DNA from: Octopus vulgaris
Taxonomy: Eukaryota
Direction of reading: 5' to 3'
Assembly (NCBI GenBank): GCA_951406725.2
Contig: OX597819.1
Coordinates: forward strand, 84,940,001 to 85,004,000
DNA: 64,000 bases
In this document: positions 38,572 to 50,793 of the stretch, piece by piece
Position numbering within the stretch: the stretch's first letter is position 1
Layout of the letters: each line of letters opens with the position of its first letter
Notes under the pieces: generated by a model
The model's input: the letters and a program-made list of their open reading frames with translations, nothing else
What the model was told of the DNA's origin: nothing
Databases searched by the model: none
Translations under genes and position numbers: made by a program

Positions 38572-39670
38572 AAAAATAAAGAATTTAGTTAAATTCAAAG
38601 GATTCATTTGTATAGTTATTCCATTAACCAAAATCACAAAGAGGATAAGTAGATAGACAAAGAACAAGTTTCATCAACAGTATTAAACACTAGTCATTTA
38701 TGATAATTCCCATGATAAGTAAATATAAATTTTAGTCTAAAAATTATAAAATGATAAGAGAATTTCTTATAACAACATACCTCACCTATTGATATAAATA
38801 AGCTAGGTATTTTTATAATAAGTTTTTATAACACAAATCTATTCTACCCCTTATCTATAATATTCTACAATAATTTATATTTATTTTTCAATATACTCAT
38901 TTGAATTCCTTTACTTTAATTTTAAACCATTTTTTCTTACTTATTTACCTGCTGTATCATTTTATTGATAATACATTTCTATAGAGTTCACACTCAACCT
39001 ATACAGAACCATACTGATATATTTCACTATCTATTTTATAATACAAGAAATATATTCTAAGGTTATTAGCATATAGAAAATATATGAAATTTTTAACATA
39101 TTTTAAAAATTTAACTCGTTAATACCAATAAATTACTATTTACTAATTAACTACAAATATATATTGGGTTGGTATAGAAACTTATATAAATATGAAATTA
39201 TTTCTATATTCTCCATCCCTATATTGTGTAAAATACTGAAATTATTCTGATTTTTTTGTGTGAAAAAAACTCTCTAAAATGTACCTAATTATTTCAAATT
39301 ATCATTGGGGTTATGGCTGTCAAATAGTTAAGTATTATAAGTTTTACTCTCCCTACCCCATCAGCTTTAGCCTGCAAATTTTGGCTGAAATATATTCTTA
39401 CTGAACCCGAATGGTTTCTACTTCAAAGGGATCTTGATTTATGACTCTGTCACTTAAACTGTCTTTTTTACCCTATCCATAAAAGATCCGATTCTAGTTT
39501 CCATTAGACTTAATAAACTAGTCTATAAAATTACCCCCTCCCCAGTAATAAATCTAAATAACAAAGTAAAATCAATGATAAGCAGTGTCTTCCTGTGAAA
39601 AATATCAGTTACTACTATGATATTGCTGATGAAACTTGTTCTTTGTCTATCTACTTATCCTCTTTGTGAT

Positions 39671-41936
39671 CACCACAACTCCTGAAGCAGTTATCAATTG
39701 CACTACGGAGGAACCTCTAGGTGACTCTGATCATGCTATGATCATCGCCAATCTGGCTCTTGCGGGCAACAAAAACCTGAACCATCTCCAATCTGCTTCC
39801 TTCGATTGGAAGAGAGCAGATTGGAACCTGTACCACACTGAACTACAGCACCCAAACTGGCGTGAATTCTACAACTCTGGAGATGTGAATACTATACTCC
39901 AGAGTATCCTGGACTCAATATGGGCAGCATGTGCAGCATCAGTGCCACGTAAACAAAAAAGAAGAACCGCCCCAAAAGGGCAATTTGGGAAACTTCAGCG
40001 GTCCGACTTGCCAGGAGGGAACGTCGGACTGCTGAACGGGAATACAGGTTGCATAAATCAGACACCAACAGGAAGAAGCGGAATAAATCCTCCAACCATC
40101 TCAAGCAAGTGACAAAAAAAGCAGTGCTTGAATTTGAACAGTGCATAGCAGCCAATCCTGACAGCAAGGTTTTCTGGAAATATGTGCACTCAAAGCAGAG
40201 ACCTCACTCTCCAGTGGGCCCTCTTCGCAACCCTCACACAAACCAGATCACTGACGACCCCAAGGAATGCGCAGAACTCATTGCCGAGTGCTATGTAAAC
40301 ATATTCACTGTTGAAAGTCAAAACGTACCATCTTCACCATCACTAACAGCAAACTCCATAACAACTATGGAATTTACACCTGCAATGCTGCGACGTCACC
40401 TTCAAAATAAGCACAACTATGCCTCCCCTGGTCTCGATGGAGTTACATACCTGCTTCTCAAACGTGGCAGGCACTTCCTTTTACACCAGCTTTCTATTTT
40501 CTTCCAGTACTGTCTCAACAATGGTGCTACTCCGGAGCAGTGGAAAACTGCCAGTGTCATTCCTCTGTTCAAAAAGGGCGACCGCACATCACCTGTCAAC
40601 TATCGCCCAGTCAGTCTCACTAGCTGTATTGCAAAACTGATGGAATCGTGTGTCAGAGAAACACTCTGGAACTTCTGGAGCTCTCACAGTCTCATCCGAC
40701 CCTCACAATATGGATTTGTCCCTAACTCCAGCTGCAGTGACCAGCTTGTCGAGTTCCTTGAGGACATTACTCAGATTACTGACAGTGGCTCATGGGTGGA
40801 TGTTGTCTACCTTGACTTTGCTAAGGCTTTCAACTCTGTGCCACACAAAAGGCTTATGGTGAAACTCTCTGCAATGGGTGTGGGGGATGACCTTTTTAAC
40901 TGGTTGAAATCCTTCATCCTCAGCCGAAAGGAGGTAGTCACAGTTCTAGGACAGCACTCTACACCATATGAGATGTCATCGGGTGTACCACAGGGATCTG
41001 TCCTTGGTCCCCTCTTGTTTGTGGCATACATTAACGACATAGATGCCAATTTAAAGAATGCCACAGTATTGAAATATGCAGACGACATCAAGCTGTACCT
41101 TGAAATCAAGAGGACAGATCCTGATGTCTACAACTCTTTCCTGCAATCAGACCTAGACACAATGCAGCAATGGATCACAGACTGGCAACTGAAACTGGCT
41201 GTGGACAAGTGTACCACCATGCATTTTGGGAGAAAAAACCCTGCGTTCACATACTCCCTCCACAACACTGATATCAAGAAATCCTCTTGTGAGCGTGACC
41301 TAGGCATCACTGTCAGCAGTGATTTGCGTTGGTCAAAGCATATCTCTAAGATTGTCAGGAAGGCCGAGGGTGTCTTGGCATCACTCAGCAGGTCTTTTGT
41401 TAGCCGCTCTCCAGCCATCTATTTAAAACTGTATACAGCTATGGTACGACCACACTTGGAATTCGCATCATCAGTTTGGAACCCCTATCTTGCACAGAAC
41501 ATTGACCTCCTGGAATCTGTCCAGAGACGTGCAACCAAACGCATACCCTCCATCAGACACCTACCATATTCTGAGCGCCTTGTTTCCCTGGGCATGGATT
41601 CACTGAAGCTCCGGCGTTTGGCGACGGACTTGGTAAACACCCACAAAGTTATCAACCACCTCACCAACAACAACACTGAACACCTTTTTGATCTCCATGT
41701 GTCTAACACACGTGGACATGCCTACAAAGTCAGAAAACAATACAGCTCCCATGACTTTCGGAAACATTTTTTCACGCTCAGAATTGCTGAAGCATGGAAT
41801 AAACTGCCTGCGTCAGTTGTTGACTGCCATGACACTGCATCTTTTAAGGCCCTCATGCTTTCCGAAATCCGCCGAAACTACACCTGATTATATATACACT
41901 TTAGATGAGTTGTAGTGCACCTGAGCGCTGTACACA

Positions 41937-41968
<32 letters not shown>
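39671..41968 (+). mobile_element. 5'-truncated CR1-clade LINE
   Basis: APE C-terminus PLGDSDHAMII; RT motifs DVVYLDFAKAF, GVPQGSVLGPLLF, KYADD; short 3' UTR and (ATT)n tail. Confidence 0.93.
40049..41887 (+). CDS. CR1 LINE reverse transcriptase (ORF2, partial)
   Basis: 612 aa without stops; frame is open back to about 39960, where a 1-nt frameshift separates it from the APE fragment. Confidence 0.9.
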   Translation: MHKSDTNRKKRNKSSNHLKQVTKKAVLEFEQCIAANPDSKVFWKYVHSKQRPHSPVGPLRNPHTNQITDDPKECAELIAECYVNIFTVESQNVPSSPSLTANSITTMEFTPAMLRRHLQNKHNYASPGLDGVTYLLLKRGRHFLLHQLSIFFQYCLNNGATPEQWKTASVIPLFKKGDRTSPVNYRPVSLTSCIAKLMESCVRETLWNFWSSHSLIRPSQYGFVPNSSCSDQLVEFLEDITQITDSGSWVDVVYLDFAKAFNSVPHKRLMVKLSAMGVGDDLFNWLKSFILSRKEVVTVLGQHSTPYEMSSGVPQGSVLGPLLFVAYINDIDANLKNATVLKYADDIKLYLEIKRTDPDVYNSFLQSDLDTMQQWITDWQLKLAVDKCTTMHFGRKNPAFTYSLHNTDIKKSSCERDLGITVSSDLRWSKHISKIVRKAEGVLASLSRSFVSRSPAIYLKLYTAMVRPHLEFASSVWNPYLAQNIDLLESVQRRATKRIPSIRHLPYSERLVSLGMDSLKLRRLATDLVNTHKVINHLTNNNTEHLFDLHVSNTRGHAYKVRKQYSSHDFRKHFFTLRIAEAWNKLPASVVDCHDTASFKALMLSEIRRNYT

Positions 41969-41969
<1 letters not shown>

Positions 41970-42029
41970 TTGGTTAATAGAATAACTATACAAATGAATC
42001 CTTTGAATTTAACTAAATTCTTTATTTTT

Positions 42030-42119
42030 ATGCAGCTGAAGATTGCTCTACATTTTAAAACTGATGTAATATTTGCGTTGTTCAATTAACTGGAGTCGCA
42101 TGAAACGATTGTACTGCAT
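42030..42119 (+). ncRNA. Minimal type I hammerhead ribozyme-like motif (pre-mRNA sense strand)
   Basis: ATGCAG-CTGAAGA(42036)-TTGC...GCAT-GAAAC(42102)-GATT-GTA(42113)-CTGCAT. Confidence 0.58.
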
Positions 42120-42924
42120 TACCTCAGGATATCCTTGTTGCTTATTTTGATGATATTTATATATTTATGCACACACAGACACACCACTGTATCAATCAGA
42201 CCATTGGATGTTGTTATATGCCACTGGTCATAATGCAAAAATACATATTGCTGTCATTTGCAAATGATGCTACTCTTTTGGCGAGGTAGGCAGGCCAACA
42301 TTTCCCCTGACTGGAACTCTAACATGTTGCAGAGTTACCCAAATACAGTTGAGTGGAATGGAGCAATGTGGAGCAAGCATTTTGGTTAAGAACTCAATGC
42401 ACTGCTGGTCGGGGAATTGAAACCACGATTGCAAGATTGTGGGTGCAACTCCTTAACTATTAGGCCACATACACATGACTGGTTTGTACGCAGTTTCTGT
42501 CTACCAAATTCATTCAAAAGGTGTTTGTCAGCTTGGGAAAATAGCTGAAGATACTTGCCCTAGGTGCTGTGTAGTGGGATTGAACTTGAAACCATGTAGC
42601 TCCAAAGCAAATTTCTTAACCACACAATGACGATACCGGCACCTGTAAGTTAGTCCACATTACTCCATAAGGAGCACAGTGCCAGTCTCTGGTTTCTCAG
42701 GCGTATATATTCCTCCCTGGACAAGATGTCAATCCGTTGCAGGATTACTCATGTTTGCCAACTGAGTGGACTGGAGCAATGTGAAATGAAGTATTTTGCT
42801 CAAGAACACAACGCATCACTCAATTCAGGAGTCAAAACCACAATCTTATGATCATGAGTCCAACATCCTAACCACTAAGCTATGTGCCTCCTCACCTGCA
42901 TACATACTAAAGCCTAATATTAAC

Positions 42925-43132
42925 TTAACCCTTTAGTATTCAGAATAATCTCTGCCAAATACAATGCTTATGCATTCACATTGTTTTGAATTAATCATGC
43001 ATAATATCATAACTTTGGGATTTTTATGGTGTGATTGAGGGTAGGTGTGAGAAGCCAAATCTGGCTAGTTTGAACATAAGACAGGTAGAATATTTGGGCT
43101 GGATATGGCCAGTTTAAACGCTAAAGGATTAA
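42925..43132. mobile_element. piggyBac-like MITE
   Basis: TTAACCCTTTAG...CTAAAGGATTAA. Confidence 0.75.
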
Positions 43133-43501
43133 ACCTTATTCTTTCATTGTCCTTTTGTCATGGATATACTGGTTTCTGGAATAGGAGCTGATTTAAACAT
43201 TTTCAACAATCAAGAAAGAACAAAATACTTTTCTTTTATAGGAAGTTTTTTGTGTTTTATTATTTACTTTTTTTTATGGGTTGAGTGTTTTGGGTGACTG
43301 ATTTAAAAGCAGCCTCATAAACTCAAGTGTTAAGTATTGTCTGTTAGAGAAGTTGGTAATGTAATTGAAAGGAACCTTGATAGTCAAACTAGAAACATAG
43401 CAAAAGAAATTTTGGGCCAGATTATTTGGAAATAGGGAAAATATTGACTCTTTTCAAATCTGCCAGTTTGAAAATATATGATTTTCATATTTATTGGTAT
43501 G

Positions 43502-45153
43502 CTAGCAGAGATACCTGGCATTGCTCGGGATTAAAATGGCATAGTTTGTATATGTATTACAATTATGTTGAAACAGGTGGTACAGGTAAGTGCAGCATTG
43601 ATGACAAAACATTTGTGGAATAAATGATGGGCTAAGCTACACGTCATGTCTGTGTTTGGAGTATTCCAGACCCTAACCTGTCATGGAAATTGGGGGTGGG
43701 GGTGGTTTGTATGTAAATTTTGAATGCACTGAAAAGCTGTCAGTAGATATACTCTCCTTTGCGGCAGTCAGTGCTGCATCTAACATGACCCATTGTCTGA
43801 AGTTTTAACACTTCCTTTGGGTTTGTTGTCCTACATCACTCACAAAGTAAATTTGGAGGAAGTGTAGTTGATAGACTTGCCCATGAACTTTGAGCATTGG
43901 CATAAATCCATGTTCAACTATCCCCTTAAATGCACCAAATGATGTCATTTGAAATGCAGAGTTGTCTGATATTGTTCAGAAAATCCTTTGACTCGATGGA
44001 AGTGCCTTCCAGAAGATCTATAAGAGGTTGAGGAGGAGCTGGTAGTGCTGGCAATCTTACCTTACTGCCTGAGCAGCACATGCCATTAGTTTCATTTGGA
44101 AGTTTTGGGAAAGTCTCATCTCTCATCTGTATTGAAACTACATCTGATATATTACAGCATGCGTTTGCTGATCTTGAGAAAGTGTCATCTTGCTTGTCTT
44201 CAGACTCCATTTGACATGCTGCAGCATGCCTTTGCTGATCTTGGGAAACTCTCATTTCCCTTCTCTATTGAGACTCCATCTAACATGCTGCAGCATGCAT
44301 TTCCTGATTTTTGGGAAAGTCTCCTCTCCTTTCTGTATTGAGACTTCATCTAATATGTTGCAGCATGCTTTTGCTGATCTTGAGAAAGTCTCATCTCCCT
44401 TCTGTCTTGAGACTCCATTTGATGTGCTGCAGCATGTACTTCCTGATCTTGGGGAAAGTCTCGTCTCCCTTCTCTTTTGAGACTGCACTTGATGTGCTGC
44501 AGCATGCATTTGCTGATCTTGTGAGAGTCTCATCTCCTTTCTGTCTTGAGACTCTCACCTTCAGTTTTCTACAATCCTTCTTGCTTTATAGTTGTTGCTG
44601 GAGAGATTACATCTTTTCTTTTGTGGCATCTTTCAATGTTGTAAACAAAAAATTATGAACATAGAAAAAAATTATACATTAATCTCTAATTTTGTAAGCA
44701 GTTGTATGTAGCATGTAGTATAAACAATATTATAGTCTTATCAAAAGTGAAAGAATAAAAGTGAAACAATATTATACTGCTGAAAAAAAAAGGGAAGTTA
44801 AAAGTGAAACAATATTGCTGAAAAAAAAATCAGTGTTGTCATATAGGGGATGGTGGTCTACAGCCCCTTATATGGGCAAGAGTCGAAACTTGACACCCCC
44901 AGAACCTTCCCTGAGAAATGAAAAATCTTCATGCTAAATTTGGTATTATATCGCTGAAAAAAAAAATCAGGTCGTATAGGGGGAACTACAGCCTCCTATA
45001 TGGGCAAGGGCCAAAATTTGACCCCCCGCCTGGAATCTTCCCTGAGTAAAGAAAATCCTTCATGCCAAATTTGGTACAGATTGATCCAGCAGTTTGGCCA
45101 TGCATAGAGGAGACACACCCACACACACAGGCAGTAAATTTTATAGATATAGA
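43502..45153 (-). mobile_element. Internally deleted Helitron with RepHel N-terminal remnant
   Basis: 5' A|TCTATATCTATAAAA at 45153; 3' CCCGAGCAATGCCAGG hairpin + CTAG at 43502; peptide ETNGMCCSGSKVRLP...FLNNIRQ / NSAFQMTSFGA / FKVHGQVY. Confidence 0.88.
44100..44560. repeat. ~69-bp tandem repeats (about 6.5 units) within the Helitron
   Basis: CAGCATG recurs at 44155, 44222, 44291, 44361, 44430, 44500. Confidence 0.85.
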
Positions 45154-45389
45154 TTAAACTTATGTTTGGAATAGCACTGAAAACAATGATGGAAAATTTT
45201 GCCTCAGGATTATGCTAGTTGCAGTAATTTTTAATTAACAGTGAATAACAGTTCGTAATTTTTCAAGCTTTCTTTTAAGATTTTAATTTAAATTAAGTAT
45301 GGATGATTATCAAAATGGTTAAAGTCACACTAACAATTTAATCTACATAGTTGTTGAGGTGATATGGCACAGCAGAATCCTTTTAATTT

Positions 45390-46190
45390 TGCCGTTCTGT
45401 ATTTAAGAGATGAGGAATTATGTACGTGATTTACATTATTTACAATTGATGGATATTTGTCCTCATCTTGTTTGTTGTTAGCACAACATTTCAGCTGATA
45501 TACCCTCCAGCCTTCATCAGGTGTCTTGGGGGAAATTTTGAACCTGGGTTCTCATTCTTAAGGTATTTTTCGATGTTATTATTATTCAGAATCGAACTCA
45601 GAATCTTGGGGTTAGTAGCCTGTGCTCTTAACCACTACACCATATGCCCATGGGCAGTTATGGGGTGAATTTTAGGGCTTATAAATCTAATATTTTCCTA
45701 TCTTTCCATAATACCAGTTTCCATATGCTACTCATATCGGCACTCGGTCTGCTCAGGAGATTGTTGTGTCCAAGCATATGTGCTACTTCTTTTAGTTTTC
45801 ATATTTTCCAGTGGTTTGTCTGTCTCTTATTTTAACTTCATCCCACAGGGGAAGTGGTCTCCATTTTTCCATACATGATCAGCCAAACCCGATTTATCAA
45901 TATCTCCTTGTGTCACAGCTTTGCGATGTTCCTCTACCCTTATTTTGAGGGAGCGGCATGTTTCACCTTTGCATAACCTATCACAACTGCATGGGATGGA
46001 GTACATGCAGTCTTTGGTCATATTCTCTTCTATTGGTGGTTTTACTTGAAGGAGATATTTACAAAGTGTTGTATTACTCTTGAATACTGTCCTGATGTCA
46101 TATGGGCCACATATCTTTCACATAGGGTAGACAGACTGTGGACAGTTTATTGGGTTTCATCCTCTCTTTCATAATTGGAATGGATACTAT
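45390..46190 (-). mobile_element. Penelope-like element 3' remnant (GIY-YIG endonuclease + pLTR)
   Basis: ORF 45827..46021 CMYSIPCSCDRLCKGETCRSLKIRVEEHRKAV...SGLADHVW is GIY-YIG-like; CTGATGAAGGCTG...CAGCTGAAATGTTG motif at 45520-45483. Confidence 0.85.
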
Positions 46191-48239
46191 CCATTCCAAT
46201 TATACATAGTATACATATGTGTGTGTGTGTGTCTGTGCGTGCTTTCCCCCTCACTGCTTGGCAACTAGTGTTGGTTTGTTTACATCCCCATAAATTGACA
46301 GTTTGATAAATGTGACCTATAGAATAACATGAGATTTATAAAAAATAAGTACTGAGGATAGTTTGTTCAACTAAGCTCTTCAGTATAATGCTTCACTGAC
46401 TGAAACGAGTATAAGATAAAAAATAAAATATTGAAGTTTATAATAAAGATGATGATGATGATAATAATACATAACAGACTCACAGTAATGGCTATAGAGT
46501 TAAGAAGTTTTATTTCACATCCATGTGATTTCAGTTTAGATCTCACTGTATATAACACCCTGGGCAAGTCTCCTTCGATGTATTCTTAGTGAAATTGGTA
46601 GACAGAAACTATATGGAAGTCATCATCATCATTATCCTACTCCTTTAATGTCTGTTTTCAATGCTGGCATGGGTTGGACAGTTTGACCAGAACTGGCAAG
46701 CTGGAGAGCTGCACCAAGTCCCAGATTTGGCTTGGTTTCTACAGCTGGATGCTTTTTTCCTAACACCAACCACTTTACAGTGTGCTGGGTGCTTTCAATG
46801 TGGCCCCCAGCACAAGCGCTTTTACATGGCACCCCTCTTCACCAAGGGAAATGGCCTTAATACTTCTGCTGTGGAGGATGGGTTTTCTTGAGTATAGTTA
46901 TACATATATGTGTATGTACTTGCTTGTGTGTTGCATGTATGTGTGTATGTGCATGCATGTGTGTGTGCTTGTATCTATTTACATTTATCCGTGTGTTTTT
47001 GTTTGACTCCACTTTGGGCTGTGATGTTGGTTATGTCTCCCATAACCATAATGCTTGGCAGTGGTTCAGTGTGCAGCAATGTTGAATAAAGTACTTTACT
47101 TGAAAAGCAAGTATGGGTTGGCACCAGGAATGGCATCCAGCTATAGCATACTACCTCAAGAACTCTTGTCCAACCTATGCCAGCATGGAAAAAGCATATC
47201 TCTAAAAGTGATGATGATAATGATGAAGATGAGAAAAAAGAAGCAAGACTTATTTAAGTTTTTCTTTAATCTGTTGTAACTACAAGTTTTACAATATTTA
47301 AATAATGTTTACATTTAGAAGATAAAGGACAACATAGAAAAGTCTAAAAGCTCAAAAATTACGATTATGTATAATAAAAAAAATCCTAATTTAAAAACTA
47401 GCTGAAAATTGTATTTATGTAGAAAACATCTCATATATACCTATATATCTCTGTGTATGTGTATGTGTGTGTGTATATGTGTACACATACATGCACAATT
47501 TATGTAACCTGTGTTAGCAAGGGAAAAGTAGATGTAAAAATGATGATGATAATATAGAAAACATATGCAAATATTCACAGGTAATAAGAAAGTATTCACA
47601 CTCAGATATAAAAGACAACATAACGCATAACACAGAGGAGATCATTAACGAAACATTAATGACAAAGCTAAACAAAGAAATAAACTTTTTCACAAAGAAA
47701 TCTGAGATTCTTATCAAATAAATTCCAAATGCAAAATCCAATATTGAATGTAATTATTTCAGCTACTTTTCTTCCTCAAAAAGCTATTTGTACTTAATTT
47801 CTCTTGTTCGCCTCAATATCACATTTCATGTATTTATCTATATATTTATTTATTTATTTATTTATTTATTTATTCATTCATCTATATATTTTAGTTTCTT
47901 TAATTTTTGAATTTTAATTGGTAAGGGAAATTTTTTGCTTCAGCAGTCTTGAATTATGTTATACCAAATATTAATTTATACGTAGTCATCATCATCATCA
48001 TTATTATTATCAAGTTTGGATAATCTTAATTCCAATAATATGAGAGGCTGTTGTTATCACAGTAGATCAAGCTAGAAAATACAGTGGATGGATTTTACAG
48101 TATATCCGTAAAAGAAGTAGGCAGAAAATCTAGTCATGTTTATTTAGGGAGAATAGCTGCAGAGAAGATAAGATGAAATAATATAAAATAAAAAAAGAAA
48201 GAAAGTACATCATTATTTCTTGCCAATGTCAACTGAAGT

Positions 48240-48680
48240 ACCTCCCTACTCACCTCCCTTTTTTCCTCTGTCCTACCTTCCTCCTTTCTCTCCTTACCTC
48301 TACCCCTTCCCCTCCTCCCCCTCATTCCCCTTCTTTCGTCCTCATCTCCTCCCCCTCTTACTCCTCATCCACTCCTCCTCTTTCTCATCATCCCCTGCCC
48401 CTCTTCTCCCCTCCTCCACCCCTTACTCCCCCTCCTCCCCGCCCCTCCCACCCTCTCCTTTCATTCCCCCTTCCTTCCTTTGCCCTCCTCACCTCCCCTG
48501 CCCATCTCCTTCTCTCCCTCCCCTCCTTCTTTCGTCCTCCCTCTCCTCCCATCCTGATCCCACTCTCCTCCCATTCCCCTCCTTCCATCCTCATCCTCCC
48601 ATTCTCCTCACATCCCCTCCTCCTCCTCCACCTCTACCCTTCCCCTCACCTACCCTCCTCCTGTATCCTCCTCCTCTAAC
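48240..48680. repeat. Polypyrimidine/polypurine low-complexity tract
   Basis: About 440 bp of almost pure C/T (CCT-rich) on the + strand. Confidence 0.9.
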
Positions 48681-49255
48681 TTAGCTGTAACTTAGCAGAC
48701 TGATAGAATAAGTACCAGGCTTAAAGGAAAAGTACTGGGATTGACCCAGTCGACAAAACTTCCTCAAGGCAGTGCCCCAGCATGGCTGCAGTTTAATGAC
48801 TGAAACAAGTAAAAGATAAAAGATATTTCTATCTTCTTATCTACAAGTCTACTGAAGGGCAAGTGGGCATAGTGATGAGAATGATGAGATCAGCATAAGT
48901 GGTGGAGAGAAAAAAGACAGCGACTTATGATTGGTAAAGGGATTGTCAAATGCGGACAAGTTGTTTTGTCTATACCTTTGACATCAGTACTTGATTCGTA
49001 CTTTATTTTATTTACTCTGAAAAAATGAAAAGCAAAGTTGATCTCTGCAGGATTTGAAACCAGAACGTAACGAGTTGGAAGAAATTATGACAAGGCATTT
49101 TATCCAATGCACAAACAATTCAACCAGCTTACCATTATTCTACTTAGAATCTCATTCAGTGGCTTACAGTATATGAAGTTAAGCAAAGTTTCAGGAATGT
49201 TTATGGTACCATCAGTAAAAAGTAGTTGTACAGTTTTTTTAATTAGCTAAACAAT

Positions 49256-50147
49256 AACACTGTGTAACTAAATTTTAATGTTTGGTCTTTGGTCAGTAAG
49301 TGAATCAAAGGAAATGACCACTATTCTCTTTAAACTTTGCTTTTGTGACCTGTGTTTTGTAACTGACCTAGTTTCCATTACATTTCTGACAGATTCAGCA
49401 CTGAGTTGCTGAAGCAGAAATATTGTTACATTCTGCTCAATATGACAGATTTGCCTGTTGGTTGCTTGATCAGATTGGAGCCTGGTGCAGCCATCTGGTT
49501 CGCCAGTCCTCAGTCAAATCATCCAACCCATGCTAGCATGGAAAGCGGACGTTAAATGATGATGATGCTTCATCTCACTGCTTCTAGATTTCGATGATGT
49601 TATAGTATATTTTTAGAATGACATTGTATGATAGGTTTGTGAGGCTGAAGCTGGTCAGTTTGAACATAAAACATATAGAATATTTGGGCCTGATATGGCT
49701 AGGTTAAATACTAAAGGGTTCAGAAGCTTAACCAATATGCATACCACAATGATGTGCCAGGAATCTCTTTTCCCCATTATCTTTAGTATATTTGCAGTTT
49801 CCTTTATTGCATGTAGAAGTCTCCAAAACATAGTATCTGATATTTCTTGTTTAGCATGATAGCAGTGGCCAGCAAAACTACCTTGCATTGAGCTATAACA
49901 GTAGAGATAGGGTGGAACATGTCCATAAACCTCCCTTTTGATCATAATGAATTCATCTCGGCTAGCTGAAGCGTTTAGATCAGCATTTCTCATTTGGGGT
50001 ATATATAATCCTCAGGAGGTTCATATGACCCTTGGGAGTTCATATGACCCTCAGGGGTCCACATGGCCAGTTTTCATACTTTCTAGGTGTAAGCAAACAG
50101 GAAATAACAGTTACTATCCAAGGACAAAAATCATGTTACACAGTGTA
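49256..50147. mobile_element. MITE (family of 182-676) whose middle is replaced by a 600-bp duplication
   Basis: ACACTGTGTAAC...GTTACACAGTGT termini. Confidence 0.75.
49468..50067 (+). repeat. 600-bp direct duplication, copy 1 (recipient)
   Basis: Matches 52053-52652 at offset 2585; identical 112-aa ORFs in the ORF track. Confidence 0.95.
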
Positions 50148-50496
50148 ATATATTCGCAGTGACTGGTCTAAGATAAACTGTTATATCTTATTGGATGTAT
50201 AAAGTGAGCCTCTGATTTAGGTTGAATGCATGTGAGCTGAAAAAGCAATAGTTTACTGAAAACATTAGTATACAAGAATGATAACAATAATAATATAGGT
50301 GCAGGCATGGCTGTGTGATTAAGCCATGTGGTTTCTCGTTGCAGCCATGTGGTTTCTCGTTTAGTTTTACTGCGTAGCACCTTGGGTAGATGTCTTCTAT
50401 TAGAGCCTCTGGCTGACCAATGCTTTGTGAATGAATTTGACTGACAGAAACTGTGTGTAACCCCATCATGTATATGTGTGTGTGTATGTATATATG

Positions 50497-50701
50497 AATG
50501 AGAAAAGGAAGAAAATAGAAAAAAATTGATGTATATTCAAATTCATATAGAGAAATTCCTGCCTACACCTGTTTCCATACTCAATCAATTGATTGGGTGT
50601 GGAAACAGCTGTAGGCAGGAATTTCTCTACATGAATTTGAATGTCTTTGAAATAAATAACGTCTGTACATCAATTTTTTCTATCTTCTTCCTTTTCACAT
50701 T
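50497..50701. repeat. Near-perfect hairpin carrying a hammerhead half-motif
   Basis: Palindrome centred on TCAATTGA (about 50590); GAAAC-AGCT-GTA on the right arm. Confidence 0.8.
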
Positions 50702-50793
50702 CATAAAGTTTTCTAAATACCTGTATGTTTCAATGATAAACTAGGATGCTTGATTCCCTTAATGGACTTTAGTTCCTTGACTAAATAAAATAA

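Larger units (their letters stand above)
38350..42151. mobile_element. Penelope-like foldback: inverted ~235-bp arms each with a hammerhead motif, AT-rich spacer, CR1 inserted in the right arm
   Basis: 38450-38683 is the reverse complement of 39620-39670 + 41967-42151; flanked by TA-rich tracts. Confidence 0.8.

Noticed and set aside
38684-39619. Coding remnant in the AT-rich foldback spacer
   Set aside because: It may be a decayed Penelope ORF, but I could not read a convincing motif in the frames I checked.
48220-48684. 154-aa proline-rich ORF
   Set aside because: It is the translation of a low-complexity C/T tract, with no ATG start and no recognisable splice or homology support.
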